From: Octopus bimaculoides
Taxonomy: Eukaryota
Assembly (NCBI RefSeq): GCF_001194135.2
Contig: NC_068981.1
Span: 52,830,207-52,894,206 of the forward strand
DNA: 64,000 bases
Direction of reading: 5' to 3'
Part shown: positions 50,359 to 63,932 of the stretch, piece after piece
Layout: each line of letters opens with the position of its first letter
Numbering within the stretch: position 1 is the first letter of the stretch
Made by a program: the position numbers and the translations under genes
Notes under the pieces: generated by a model
What the model saw: only the letters and a program-made list of their open reading frames with translations
What the model was told of the DNA's origin: nothing
Databases searched by the model: none

Positions 50359-51132
50359 CCATAAATCCTCGAGTATAATCCGCATTTTTCCCCCAAAATT
50401 TAAAGGTCACAATCCCTAGTGCGTACTATATACAACGTTAAAAATGAAAAATATTTTCTAAGCAATATCCAAGTCACTATTTGCTGTCCGGCAATGTTTA
50501 TCCAGATGCATTTTGTGATGTCGGGCGTGAAAATACCTTAAGCTAAGCCTGAAAGCAATGAAGTCATGAAAGAATCATACATAACTTGCAGTAAGCAACA
50601 TATATTAAAATAGAAGTGTTGTATATTGTCTGCACTGGATGGTACTCAGGATGACATTGTATAGAAAGATGAAATAAATGAAAGTGAATCTTCTGATGTT
50701 GACTATGAATCTGACGATGACGGAGATTTATACTACAATGACGCTGACATGTTTACGGAGGAACAAATGGAACAGTTATTTGATGCTGAAAGTGACGTTG
50801 AATTTGAAGGATTTGAATAAATGTTTTTGCTTTTGTAACTGATAGTGATAAATATGTAAAAGCAATTTACTTAATATTTATTTTTCACTGACGTTACTAC
50901 TGTTATTTCTTTATTTTCTACAAACAAAATGTACAAAAAGGCTACACGTTTGCATTATGCTATATATACAATAATAATAAAGGACGTTACCGTATATATA
51001 TTTACAAACCAAGGACGTTATATAGACCTCTTTGACTCAAGTTAGAAAAGGTTTAGGTTTTTCAGAGGTACAGCCCCCTAAAAATCCCCTGCATATTATA
51101 TTCAAGGGCGGACTATACTCAAGGATTTATGG
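50359..51132 (+). mobile_element. Non-autonomous pogo-like DNA transposon (MITE), 774 bp
   Basis: TIRs CCATAAATCCTCGAGTATAATCCGC and its reverse complement at 51108-51132 (2 mismatches); TA TSD. Internal acidic tail LDGTQDDI...LFDAESDVEFEGFE. Confidence 0.85.
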
Positions 51133-51674
51133 TAGGTATCCAAGAATGGAGATGAGATTGATGTAGTGACTAGTAAAAAGTCACATAAGTACTTACTATG
51201 ATATTTGAATCAGACACTTAGAGGTCAATAAGAAAGGGTGTAATTTTAGGAGCATCAGTATCTTATATACATAAATGGAGTTCTAGCACTATATTTACAG
51301 GTCAATAATGTTATAATCCAGCATTAATGCTCATGTTTTTAATATAATTTTAGAAATAACTGCAAGTACTACACAATGATATCTTATATGATTAATATAA
51401 TTAGTTTTTATTATTATCTCAGTATTGAGTCATTGATGGTGACAGCAGAATCAGTTGAGTCCCAGTCAAAATGATCTTGTGATATTTAGATATATTCCTT
51501 TACCTTCTGAGTTGAAATACTGTCATGGTTAGCACACCTTTCATCTCTCTGTGTGTCATTTAATGAGTACCAGTAATACACAGGTTGTCTATTTAATCAA
51601 CTTTGCTCATCTCTTAACAATCTGTATCATTGTGTTGGGTCAACGCATCAAATCAGTATTGAATTATTGGAGGT

Positions 51675-51728
<54 letters not shown>

Positions 51729-52339
51729 GTTCAAACAAGAAAAATGGCAAAAAAACAACAACGCAAGGACGTGATAGAGATATTGTGTTACTGGACGCTC
51801 AGGAAAGGAAAGCGGCCTTTCGACTGAACCTGGAGTACCTAATTCGCAGAATTCTTGTACCTTCGGATTACTGTTCCTACTCACTCGGATTATGCCATTT
51901 CTGCACCTTGATTATATATATATATATCAAAAGTACCATCAGAAAATATCTTGAATAAAAGATGACCACAGCATTATGTACATATAATTTTAAAATAGAA
52001 TATAGCTGTTTTCTTTTCTCTCAGCTCATTTGTACTCTATCATTCAATCATACTATTATTTCACATTCAATCAAGTATTGACAATAAATACTAAATATCA
52101 TAAACACTAAAACTGAACCCGGTGGTTTATTAAATGTAAAGTTGAAGCTATTAGAAAAACCATTTCTTATGATCCAATCTCCTTTTGCATGTTAAAAAGA
52201 ACAAAATCATTTAACTATAGAAATACAGGTACAAATATTCCTATAGAGAACAACTAATAGATTTAAATGACTCTTGTACTTTTTGTCTTCCATGGAAAAA
52301 TAAAAGGTTAAGGTGTCACCTGCAATATTTCTAATATCA

Positions 52340-52750
52340 GAAATGACAAGGGGCTTGCAGAGTTATGAAATGTGATTCTTAAGGAGAATATTGAGGATAG
52401 CATGGACAGACAAAATGTCTAATGAAGAAGTGATGACCCAGGCAGTGCTAAATAGGAAATTGCTTCATGAAATAAGGCCCTAGAAACTGAGCTGTTTTGG
52501 TCACATGATGAAGAAAGAGGGCCTGGAGAATTTAGCAATGACCAGAAAGATTGAAGGGAAAAGAAGCAGAAGAAAGAGAAGGACGATATGGATGTCAAGC
52601 TTGATGAACTGGTTGGAAGAAAGATGTGTTAAACATCAGGAAGTGGAACTGTTACAGAAAACAGAGAATTGTGGCAGGACATGGTCACCTATGTCCTACG
52701 TTCTGAACATGATCACCTATGTTCTACATTCTGGACATGACACCCAAAGA
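52340..52750 (+). mobile_element. RTE LINE 3' fragment
   Basis: RRILRIAWTDKMSNEEV...FGHMMKKEGLENLAMTRKIEGKRSR. Confidence 0.72.
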
Positions 52751-52999
52751 AAGAAAGAAAGGTAACTGATCATAGTAAAATTTCAGTAAAGGGAATTCAT
52801 CAAATGTTTGTTCTTGGAATATTTTTATTATGATAACATTGTTAAGAAAGAGACAAATGTCTCTGCTTCCCATTACTTTACCTTTATAATTATCATTGTG
52901 AATTGTTGATTCTGTTGAATATGTTATTGATTTTACTAAGATTTCAGTAATTAGGATTTCTAGCATAGGCATATAAGGTCGCCAATTTTGTGTATAGTC

Positions 53000-53034
<35 letters not shown>

Positions 53035-53329
53035 GCTGGAAGGATAGCAGTTGATCTTGATAGATTTGAACTGGGAAAAGAAAGGTACATAGCTAAATAT
53101 TGCAAGACATTTTGTCTGATACTGTACTGTTTCTGCTATAATAGAATACAAATATATTCAATTAATTAAACAAAATTTAAAGAAATATTTTTGAAAATTA
53201 AATATGTTCAATTTATATGCTTTTATTTTTTATAATTTATATTTCTAATACATATTTATTCATTAACAATTTCTTATTGTTGTATGATATTAATCTTTTA
53301 ACATTAGAATTCCCCCTTTTTTACTCCAG

Positions 53330-53362
53330 CTGCTGCCGCTGCTGCAGGGCTTGTTTCAGGTG
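53330..53362 (+). CDS. CADPS: Candidate 33-nt microexon (AAAAAGLVSG)
   Basis: tcccccttttttactccag|CT acceptor and GTG|gtaggt donor; phase 1-1, open frame, GC-rich relative to flanks. TGCATG at 53411 and 53570. Confidence 0.7.
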
Positions 53363-55559
53363 GTAGGTGCTACAAACTTATGCACTCTTCTGTTCACATA
53401 CTTTAATTTTTGCATGATATTTTGGTGGTATTGAATAGATGTGTAATCTTTTCTCTTTCTTCTATTATTTTGCACCTCAGTTACATTTCACAAAATATCT
53501 CATTTATATATTTTATATTTGTAGTAATTGAAGTATGAGTGTGTTTATGTATGCTTACATGTGTGTGTGTGCATGTTATTTATACATATCAACCAGTAGT
53601 ATAACATAATATGATCTTGATTCAATACTTTAAAAAAGCTCTTAATTTAATCAAGAACTTTTTAAGAACAAATTTTATGCAGAAATAAAGGTTCCAGTCA
53701 TAATGGAGTTAACAAAGTCAGTTTAGTTTATCATAGCTCTAGTTTAATTTGGTTTTCTGTGGACTTAAAAATGTTTAATATATATATAACAATAAGTTAT
53801 ATTTTCCTTATGTCGTTACTTAAAAATCAGTATATTTAAAAGGCAATTTCTTTTGCCAAATTTTGGGAAGTAATATTTTCTTTAGCATGTCATTAAAATT
53901 AGATTGACTTAAAATATTATCATAATTAATATTTACAACTTCTAAATTTGTTTGACAGTATCAATATGAAATTGTCTTTTTATATCAAGGCTGATTAAGG
54001 CTACTCAATAATAATAATGTGCATGCCCATACAATTCTCTATTCTTATCACTTTATTTAAATACTTTAGATTTATTCTTTAAAATATTATTTCAAAAAAT
54101 CTTTCTCTGCTTATGTTTTCAAATTACTTCATGTGTGTATGTGTGTGTGTGTGTGTGTATAAGAGAGAGAGAGTAAGAGAGAGAGAGTAAGAGAGAGTTA
54201 GAGTACATATTTTTCAAATGTGTAAATCATAAGAAATACTTCCAATTACCAGTCACTTTCCTTAATTAACTCAAAATCATTTGCTCTTACCTATCGCATT
54301 GATACTCTACATCATATCTGATCCTTTGGATTTTGTTGTTTAATCAAGAGCCTCAACCAAATTTTTTTGCTCTCCAAAATAACTTCCTTGAAGATGTCAA
54401 GATCTTTAATTTCTCTTGTTCTCCTAACTCATTACACAGGTACATCTGATGTGGGAACTCAGATCTTTATCATTAAAAAATTTGCCAACTAATCTTTTCT
54501 CCACTTTTTATATTTACAATTCTTCTCCTTAATCCTACTAACTCTTGATTCCTTTCTCATTTCAAAATTTACCTATATTTCTATACATCTAAGTTTCCTT
54601 TCAGTTATTCATTTGACCTCTTTCTCATAACCACCACTTACATAAGAGCCAAATAAACCCATCTGCACCTTGAATTTGCCTGCTGATAGTCTGCACCTTA
54701 GAAATTACCTTTACCATAAATAAGATGAAAGAAAACCCTGTTTGATATACATATTATTGGCTTATCATTTCCACATGCTGAGCTTCTAATCTGATGGTTG
54801 TAAATGATCACTTTCCTTACTAACTTAAAGCTGTTTCCCTCCTCATTGACTGCAAGTATATTTCTACAGAACAATATTAAATGGAGCACTTCTGTCTTAC
54901 ATCATATATTAGTGTTCTTTCATCTTTGAAAACTCAAGGTTGCTCAGTTTATTCATAATGTTAATTTTTTTAGTTCTACAGTAACGCGATTTAACGCCAT
55001 TATTTTCACATCTCTCTGAAATGTAAGAGCTTATTACATTAGGTAAATCATGTACATCATCAAAGGATTTTTTCATTGCAGGTTTAACCCTGATGCTTCT
55101 TAAATTAGACTTATAACTACTTTAACAAGATTCATTGTTGTTGTTTGTAGCCTCATTATGTGCCCATTTCAATTGGTACATGTTTAGGACTGATTTAGTC
55201 TACACAAACCAAATTTCTAATCCAATTCATTGTAATGAAAGCAATTTTGATTCCAATTTTTAAAGTTTGCAATTGCTAGTGTTGAACTATTATTTTCTTT
55301 TGTGTGTTCATCAATGAATCTGATATCCCATCAACTCAAAGGACTTTGTTATCTGAGCATGAAGAACAGTGTGATAGTTGAATATTTATTGAGGTAAAAA
55401 TGACTTCAAATTTTTCTCTCTGTTGGGAGAGTGTATTTGACACCATTTTAATTGTTTGCACCATATTTTGTGCAATTCAAAATTTTTGACATGCAAGTAA
55501 AAAGAAAAATGGAAATTACCATGGCACCTGCTTTAGGATACAGTGCTTTCTTTCAAGAA

Positions 55560-56000
55560 CACTTATAGCTTCCTGAAAAAGAATCTGTTATGATAAGCAG
55601 CAATCTAGTACCATTAATATGAATATGATCCATGTATACATGAATCCAGAGATCTAAATATTTGCGCCATGAATGGAATCTATTCTCTTGAAATTTTTCT
55701 TTTCTTTGCACATGGATATAATTCTCAACATTACTTGAATAGCCAGGCTAGTATGTCTCAAGTTGTAGGTGACATAGTTTACAATTGTCATTGTTGTAAC
55801 ATCCTTGATACATGGCATTTCTTGTATATACTTTAAATGAGTTTAATTTGTTTTAATTCTTTAATACCTAGGTCACATTGACCTCTTGCCACATTATTGC
55901 GGACTGAGTTGTTTGAACTCATAATATTGAGAATGATGCCAAAGTTTTATGATAATCTCGGATGATTTTTGATGCGGAGACAAATGTGGTTCCTTCAGCA
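55560..56000 (-). mobile_element. Possible Ty3/Gypsy integrase remnant
   Basis: Minus strand LETY*PGYSSNVENYIHVQRKEKFQENR...HVYMDHIHINGTRLLLIITDSFSG resembles the integrase zinc-finger (WWPG..DVE.YI..C) and the start of the core. Confidence 0.45.
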
Positions 56001-57045
56001 ACAATAAAATTCTTTTTGGGTCTCATATTATTTATAATATTAAAAATAAACACTTCAAACTGATGTATTGGTTAAAGAATTGAACAACTTATTTGATTGG
56101 ATCTACCTTTCAGTATTATTAAATCAAAATCCAGCCATCAAGGCACCCTAATATAGTTTAAACATGGGAATAAATGGTATACCATGAAAAAGAAGAGAAG
56201 TTTAATATTTCAGAAAAAGCTTTTCATGATAGAATTAAAATGCTCATTGTAGATATTTCATATTTCTCCAATGTCTTCTTTTCCTTGTGGCATAGTTCTT
56301 TGTGTTACTATTTACAGAACATTACTAGTTTCTTTGGATTATATTGTTTAACATCTTCATATAAAATAAACTGAGCTATAAGGTTTTTATTTTATGAAGA
56401 ATGGATTAGAGACTTTCAAACAACAGTAAATGTTCAACAAATGTGTGTACTAAGCCACTACTTTAAGAATATCTTATAACTATTTTATTCTTTACTATAA
56501 TGTTTTCATGCTCTTCCTATTTTGAATAAGATCATTTTCATTTAAATCACATATGTTTTGCATGCCATACTACTATATTTTACTGAAAGGGTAGAAATTG
56601 TTTTCCTTATTATGCTATCTTTAGAAATAGGTTATTCAAATAATAATTTTTACCATGTATCATTTTGAATTTTACTTGTGTTTTACTCATGAAATCAAAA
56701 TAAACAATTGAAAATGTTTCTTTTTTTTTAATTTCATTTTTTTAATTTATTAATTTTGCTTTTACTTTTTATGAGTTTTAAATACAGTTCAATATTTTAA
56801 AAGAAAAAAATTATGCAAACATTTTAAGTCCATTGCTCCTTTCTATTTAGTCAATATACATATATTTTTGTATGGTAAATCAAAAAATTTATACTCAGAA
56901 ATAACATTAAAAATAATCAAGTTTTTAATTGGTTACATGCAAATTACATATCTGTGTATAAAAATATGTATTGACATCTAAGCAAAATGACTGGCCTTTG
57001 GACTGTATTTTCATTTGATGTTGCTTAAATTATATTTTGTTAATT

Positions 57046-57586
57046 TTAGATAGATTTCATATCTGGTAAAAAAATCATAAACTTTGTTTTTAATATTTGC
57101 CAACCATTTTTTTTTTTTTTTTGACAAGCCTGAGAAATTGGAGCAATCAAATTAATACATGACAATTGATATATGGGCTCACAATGAGTGGCTTTGGTTA
57201 ACACACGGTGTGCAAGATAGTAGTTTAGCTCTGCTCTCATTTTTGCTGCTGTAGTTTGATGGTATTTAGACACAGTATGTTTCTTTAGTCTGCAGTTCCT
57301 CTCAGCAAGCTTTGCTTTCTGTCCAGAATTATGCTTGCCAGAGTCGCTTTTACCTTCGTTGTGAAATGCCAACATGATTTTAGAGACTGTACTGCTCAAA
57401 ACATTAAACAATTTGGCTGATTTAGATCCAGCCATTTGTACTCCAACATTTGTTCTCTTTGGAAGTCAGATATGTCAAGCATATACACACATATACACAG
57501 ACTAGAACAGTTCTGAATTTGTCATGTTGCCAATAAGAAAATATTTAAGTAAAAAGTGGTGTTTTCATTATTTTGACCAACCTCTG
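57046..57586 (-). mobile_element. Tc1-like transposon, 5' fragment
   Basis: Paired-like HTH AKLFNVLSSTVSKIM...KHNSGQKAKL...TTAAKMRAELN. TIR-like end TA-CAGAGGTTGGTCAAAATAATGAAAACACC at 57586. Confidence 0.75.
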
Positions 57587-58959
57587 TATTCTTCATTTTA
57601 ATTGTTTATCTCTCCGGTCATCAGTTACTCTGCTCTTGTATATAATTCTATCTTAGTCTGGTTCATACAGTACAATAGCCCTGTGTAGCTAAAAAACCAA
57701 AATCACCAAGGATGCAAGAAATGTTGATAACTGAAGTTTCTCCAGCAAATTTGCTTTCCATCTGCTATCCACTTACTTCATGGGATATTGTTTCTAAATT
57801 AGTTACAATTGGTCAATGATCAAGATTTTAAATAAAGGATTTTTGTTAACTCTCCTACCTGTAGTATCTAATTTGTAATGAATACTTGAATTATCTTTCT
57901 TTCAAGTCACCTCATTTTTATTTGTACATTCAGTTTATGTGAGAGTCAGAGAATAAGTTACTGAGAAAATGTACTTGTGGATCTGCATGAGAAAGCAGTA
58001 GTCAAATTGACACTATCATATTTAATGAATTAAGCATTAAAATGCCAGTTAGAAATAATAATGCTTTGAGAAGATAATATTAGTCAATGACTTATATTAT
58101 TTTAATTATTCTGGCAAATTTGGAAGATAACTTGGGATATGTTTCAGTCTCCTCACACTGCATTAAATGTATAGTAAATATGTAGTAAACTAACTTTTCT
58201 GAGAAGGTCTTATAAACATTGGTGTTGTCTCTGGTACTGACTGAATTTTTTTTTTTTCTTTTGTAAAAGTAATACTTGTTGTTGAACTCCATATATAGCT
58301 TCTCATACTGCCTTCAAGAATTCGAATTATATTTAGTATCTTTAAACGTTTAGTCAGAAAATAATCTGCATTACTATTCTATTTTTCATGAATAGTACCA
58401 AAATATTGTCCTTTCTGTATATTGGAAGTACCTTTGATAACATCTCAAAACATTTTTTGCATTCAATACAACTAATAAGATCTTCATTTTAGTACTGATA
58501 AATTCTATCACAACCATTCAATGTTGGAATCCTTTTAGACTCTACAAAGCAAATTTTCTTCACTTCAAAAATCGCACCAAATGATCATCACATTATTCTA
58601 GTCAAATTGCATTTATATCAAAAAGTGAAATTTAAATGATAGAACAGAAAATTTAATAGAAGTATTTATATTTACTTTTTATAAAAATCCACCTGCAAAA
58701 CTAATTGAATATTTCCTATAGAATCCAGAAGAAAACCTGATTCTGCTTAACTTCATAATGTTAAATTATGAAAGGAGAGTGGGAGGTGGAGAGGAGGGAA
58801 TATAGTGGGTGGACACAAACAGAAGGAGGGAGTGTTTGGAAGATATGTTGTGGAGAAGAGATTCTACTGGGACACATTGTGTGCTGGTAGGCTTGGAAGT
58901 GTGTGAAGGGAGAGTGGGGAAATAGAGAGGAAGGGAATACAGCAAGTGGTGAACTTGAG

Positions 58960-59760
58960 TGGAGGAATGAGGGAGGTGTAAGGAAGATGAGTTATGGGGG
59001 AGATGTTTGTTTGTGACAAACCATATGTAGGGGCATGGATACAAACATGTCTTTATGGCCTTGGTTTAACTTGGCTGGATGGCTTTTCTCAAGCACAGCA
59101 GATCGCCAGAAATCTTAATCCCTTGTTATCTCTGTGAGGCTCAACATCTGAAGATCATTTTTTACCACTTCACCTCACCTCTTCCAGGGTCTTCCTCTTC
59201 CACAGGTTCTCTTCACATTTAGAGATTTGCACTTCTTTATGCAGCTGTCTTCATCCATATATCATACATCACATGACCATACCAACACAGTCTTCTGTCT
59301 TGCACACAACACCTGATGCCTATTATACCCAATTTTTCTCTGAACATATTTACACTTTATTGTGCATGCACATTGACATTGCAGAACATACTGGTTTCAT
59401 TTCTTTTAAGTCTTCACATGTTCTCTGCTCACATTTCACTACCATGTGGTATTGCTGTTTCTTCATAAGCATCGTACAATCTGCCTTTCACTCTGAGGGA
59501 GAAGTCCTTTGTTACCAAAAAGTAGTCTCTCTGAACTTTGACCAGCCAGTTCTAATTCTAGTAACTACGTTTTCAGAGCATCTTCCTCCACTGCTGATTT
59601 CATCGCTTAGGTAATGGAAACTATCTACTACCTCTAAGGATCTCCTCTATTTCCTGTGTTCTTAGTGCTTATTGTTCATGCACTTCTGCCTCATACAAAA
59701 ACTACTTTCTTTGTTAACCTTCTGATTCCATTGCACCTCTTATGTGTCCAAAGCTTGCAC
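58960..59760 (-). mobile_element. RTE-family LINE 3' remnant
   Basis: Minus strand gives REKLGIIGIRCCVQDRRLCWYGHVM...GRGRPWK. Further decayed RTE-like pieces lie at about 60330-60960 and 61440-61900 (+). Confidence 0.65.
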
Positions 59761-60284
59761 TGGGTACACTGAATGGAATTTTGTAAAAAGTTATTCACTC
59801 TTTAGCAGAAAAAAAAAAGAAACAATTATTTTCTTATATCAAAAGAGGAGAAAATATAGTCTTTCTTCTAATCACTATCTACCAATGTTACAAAAATACT
59901 AATATGTATATTATATCTGTCCCAGTAATGATTAACCCCCCGCCCCCAAATATACACACACATATCTAGGCTTGCATATCTGTACAAACTAGATATAAGT
60001 CCATATCTGATGTAAAATGTTAACTGCCATTTCAAACTCCTCATCGAATATTTTAATAATTGATAAATGCACATGATTTATGCATAGATTACATACATAT
60101 AAATACACATGCTGTGTCAGGATGTGCTTAGAAGTATCAGAAAAGAATTAGAACTATTGATAAAGAAAGTTATTCTTTACTAAAGTATCTTTTCCTTCCC
60201 TCTAACCAGTAGAAGCCTAAAAATCCTAAGTCCTAGCCAACTGGCTCACAGTCCCTACCCCTGCATTAGTATATTTACACAAAT

Positions 60285-60319
<35 letters not shown>

Positions 60320-62719
60320 CACTTATAAAAGAATAGCAATATATAGAGATTGTGTAGGGTTTTGCCAATGTAAACTATGGATACACACAAAGTATAGTGG
60401 GATCACAGGCATGCTAATGGAGAAGACAGAATCTGTATGCAGCAGATTCTTTCAAATACCTGAAAATAGCTTATGGCTTCTCTTACTCAGGTGATCAAAT
60501 TTTTTGTGGAGTTGGGGTATACTGAAAGTATAGTAGTCAGAATAAGAACATGGTGAAAAATGTTCAGGGTGTCATTTACTCTGCAGGTAACAAAGGATCT
60601 CTCTAATAAAGTGAAGGACAAACTGTATCATGCTTGCATATGAAGTGCAGTGTATGCGGCAGTGAAACATGTGTCTTGAATGCAGAGGATTTGAAGATTA
60701 GAAAGTAAAGAAATGAACATGTTCCACTGGATCTGTAATGTTTGTGCGCATGAATGACACAGTAGAAATAAAGCTATGAGAAAAACTAGATATTTGAGGA
60801 GTCAGCTGTTGTGTGCAAATGAGAGGATTTTTATATCTGCTTTCCATGATGGTATAGGTTGGATGGGTTGTCTTTGTTTGAGGCTGCTGCTTCCATAGAT
60901 TCATACTTGTGTCATTTGGCTTGGTTTCTAATATTGGATGCCCTTCCTATTACTAACCATTTTACAGAAGGTTCTGAGTGTGTTTTCCATGATACTATCC
61001 CTAGAGGAATTAAATAAAGAAACCTCAGAACCCAATACATTCTCTGCTTAACTTGTGAACCATTTTACTAGGTATACTGGGTGCATTTTATAATACCAGA
61101 TCTTGAGAAATTGTTTCACTCACTAGTCATTTTGTGAAAGCATAAGTTATTGGCCGGCACTATTGCCAGAGGGATAGTGTCTTGCGCACAGAACAACATG
61201 GAGAATTTTCATTGCTCAGACATGTAGGAGGGAAGAGTGGTGGGGAATAGATGGGTAATGGATCCAGAAGTGAGTGAGTGAGGGAAGCAAGTAAGTGCCA
61301 AGAGTACACAATAACGTAGAGTGTGTGCATTTGTTCAGGTGACCAAGGAAGAGATTAGAAGAGAGAAAGTGATGATGCCAGAAAGGTCTAGATGCTTGGT
61401 GTATGAAAAAAGGAGCAGTAGTATAATGGAGCAGGAAATGCAAAGATCATAGCTGAAGTGGGCAAAAATATGGATGGGTTGATGGGATAAAATAAAGATT
61501 AGGGAATGACTGACAACAAGAAAAGTGAACAAAATAAGAGTGGACGATGGGATAGAATAAAGAATTGATGCTGGATGGTAGTAGAAGAGGCCCTAAGGAA
61601 GGATAGTGAATGTGATGACTGAGTAAAGGTATGCAAAAAGGAGTAAGGGAGATGCACTCGAGAGAAGGCACTATGGATGCATGTGGCTGGCCCAATGCAG
61701 TATCTTATACATTGGCCAAGTGAAGAGATGAGGGTGGACTGACACTGTCCCAGATACATGAGCCTAGTGAATCGTGGAGTCAGAGAGATGACAAAGACCT
61801 TGTGGAAGAATGAAAATGGATCAGTGGAGGGAAGAGTCAAAGAATTCAAAGATTGTATGGTGAGGGTGGGACAGCAAAATATATTTTGTATGCTTGGCAT
61901 ATTACAAAGTATCTTTGCCTCTAAGTACTACCTCATGTCAGAGTACATTTCACCACAGGTAGTTGGGTCTTCTGCAGCATCAGCAGCCTTCACCACTTCA
62001 TCCTCAGTCTTGCTTGTTCTCCCTCTTCTACAAGTTCTATCATCTTTGAGTCTTCAATATTTCTTTATGCAACAACCATCCTTAATCACATCACATTCCC
62101 ATGCAGTGCAACCATCTCTCTTGTATGCTACTTCTGATTCCTCTTATAGCCAGTTTTCTCTCAGCTTATTTCTAATCTGGTTTTCATGCATATCTACATT
62201 ACGCATCCATCATTTCTTTCTCGCATTCAAAAATCTTCTACAGACAAATAGTAAGTAGAAGCTTCATATGCTTCATCAAGTGTAAACTATGGATGCACAA
62301 CAAATGCTGTAGGATCACAGGCAGAATACTGGTAAAAGTCTACTTCATATATGACAGGTGCTTGAGAGCAGGAAATGCAAAGATCATAACTGAAATAGAT
62401 CCCCCTCAAATGCCCAAACAACTATCGAGCTGTAGAAGAAGGAGACTTAGGAAGACATGAAACTCAGTTTAGAAAAACTGATCCAAAGATGCTGAGCTTC
62501 ATGAAAAAATGACAAATTACTGCAACAGCAATATGCTGATTGTTGCAGTCGTTTGCAACAATAGGCAGTACTGGAGACCTACTGGCCCATGTAGGCATAG
62601 CAGAATGAACATTAAAATGGTGGCTAGGAGGTATTATAAAATGCTGAAAAGTTTATTTCTTTACCATTTCCATTATATTCAGAATCAAAGCTTATAACAG
62701 ACCATAAATATCACCATAT

Positions 62720-63900
62720 ATTTAATTGATCAGCAATTAAAATATCTTTTCCTACATTGCCGAACATAAGATCAGTTATCGCCGGCTCTAATAGATGAAA
62801 ACTTAATAATTATAAGCATAGTTCAAGAAATAATAACTACAACAATAATACTTGTAGAGAAATATACAATAGTCCTTGAACACAAAATAATACTCAACAT
62901 AATACTTGTTCAATAGATAACATTACAAGAATACATAGCAATACTATAACAGTAAGAAAATATCAGCAAAATTCCAATAATCATACATCTCAAAATATGC
63001 AATATGCTTTAGATAATCCAATACCACAATCTAATAACAATAATAACATACAAAAAAGTAAATATACCTAATTCTATTATAAATGATTCAACAAATTCAA
63101 ATATAACACCACACACCATGACAAATAATCCTAATAATATTAAATATTATACCACAGAACAGAAATAGACAACTAAATATTGCACATATAAGAATTTAAA
63201 AAATCATGTCCTTTAGAAGGCAAATGTAAAAGGTTCAACATGATATATAAGTTCACACAGTATGGTATATATAGGGAGTTCTATTAACTTTAAGCAAAGA
63301 TTTTTAGCACATATGCATTCATTTAAACTGAATATAACGAGTAACACTACTTCATTGGCTACATATATACATAAACTCAAACGAAAAAATGTTAACTATA
63401 AAATATTCTGGTCAACCATTGATTCAGCTACACCATATACACATAAACCTTCTATCTGTTGTCTTTGTACAAAAGAATCGCTATACATATTATTATATAA
63501 ACAAAATGATTTAATTAATTGCCAATTAGAAGCATTATCCACACCATCATCCTCAATCCTCACATCATCATCCTCACACCTACACATGCACACGTCAGGG
63601 TCACCAGCCCCCATCCACATGCATGCTCAGATACACATGCGTGCACCTTTGTTTTGGGATCACCACTACTTTATTATCTCCCATTCCTAGCTCTCCTGTG
63701 TGACTCCTCTGTCCAGCATTCGCCATGATAGATCGCTAGCCACTAAACCTTTTTTATTTTCTCTCCTTGTTCATTTCTGTGTTCCTTTCTGTCGAAGAGC
63801 GTAGGCTCAAAATGTAAAAGACTTTCTCACTTCCCGAGCATTAAACTAATACATCTGTTCATTGTTTACACACCCGTCTTTGTCTTCTGGTTTTTTTTTT
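62720..63900 (+). mobile_element. Penelope-like element 3' part (GIY-YIG endonuclease plus terminal repeat)
   Basis: YIGSSINFKQRFLAHMHSF...TSLATYIHKLK...C.LCTKESLYIL is typical of the PLE endonuclease C-terminus. Confidence 0.75.
63785..63820 (+). ncRNA. Degenerate minimal type I hammerhead-ribozyme-like motif in the Penelope terminal repeat
   Basis: cttt-CTGTCGA-A-GAGC(gtag)GCTC-AAAA-TGTA-aaag. Stems I and II pair, but the core deviates from CUGANGA/GAAA. Confidence 0.45.
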
Positions 63901-63932
63901 TGTAAATTCTCACTACATGTATATTTATATAT

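Noticed and set aside
51815-51855. Possible hammerhead on the minus strand (ctgcgaa...cgaaa)
   Set aside because: No convincing stem II can be formed.
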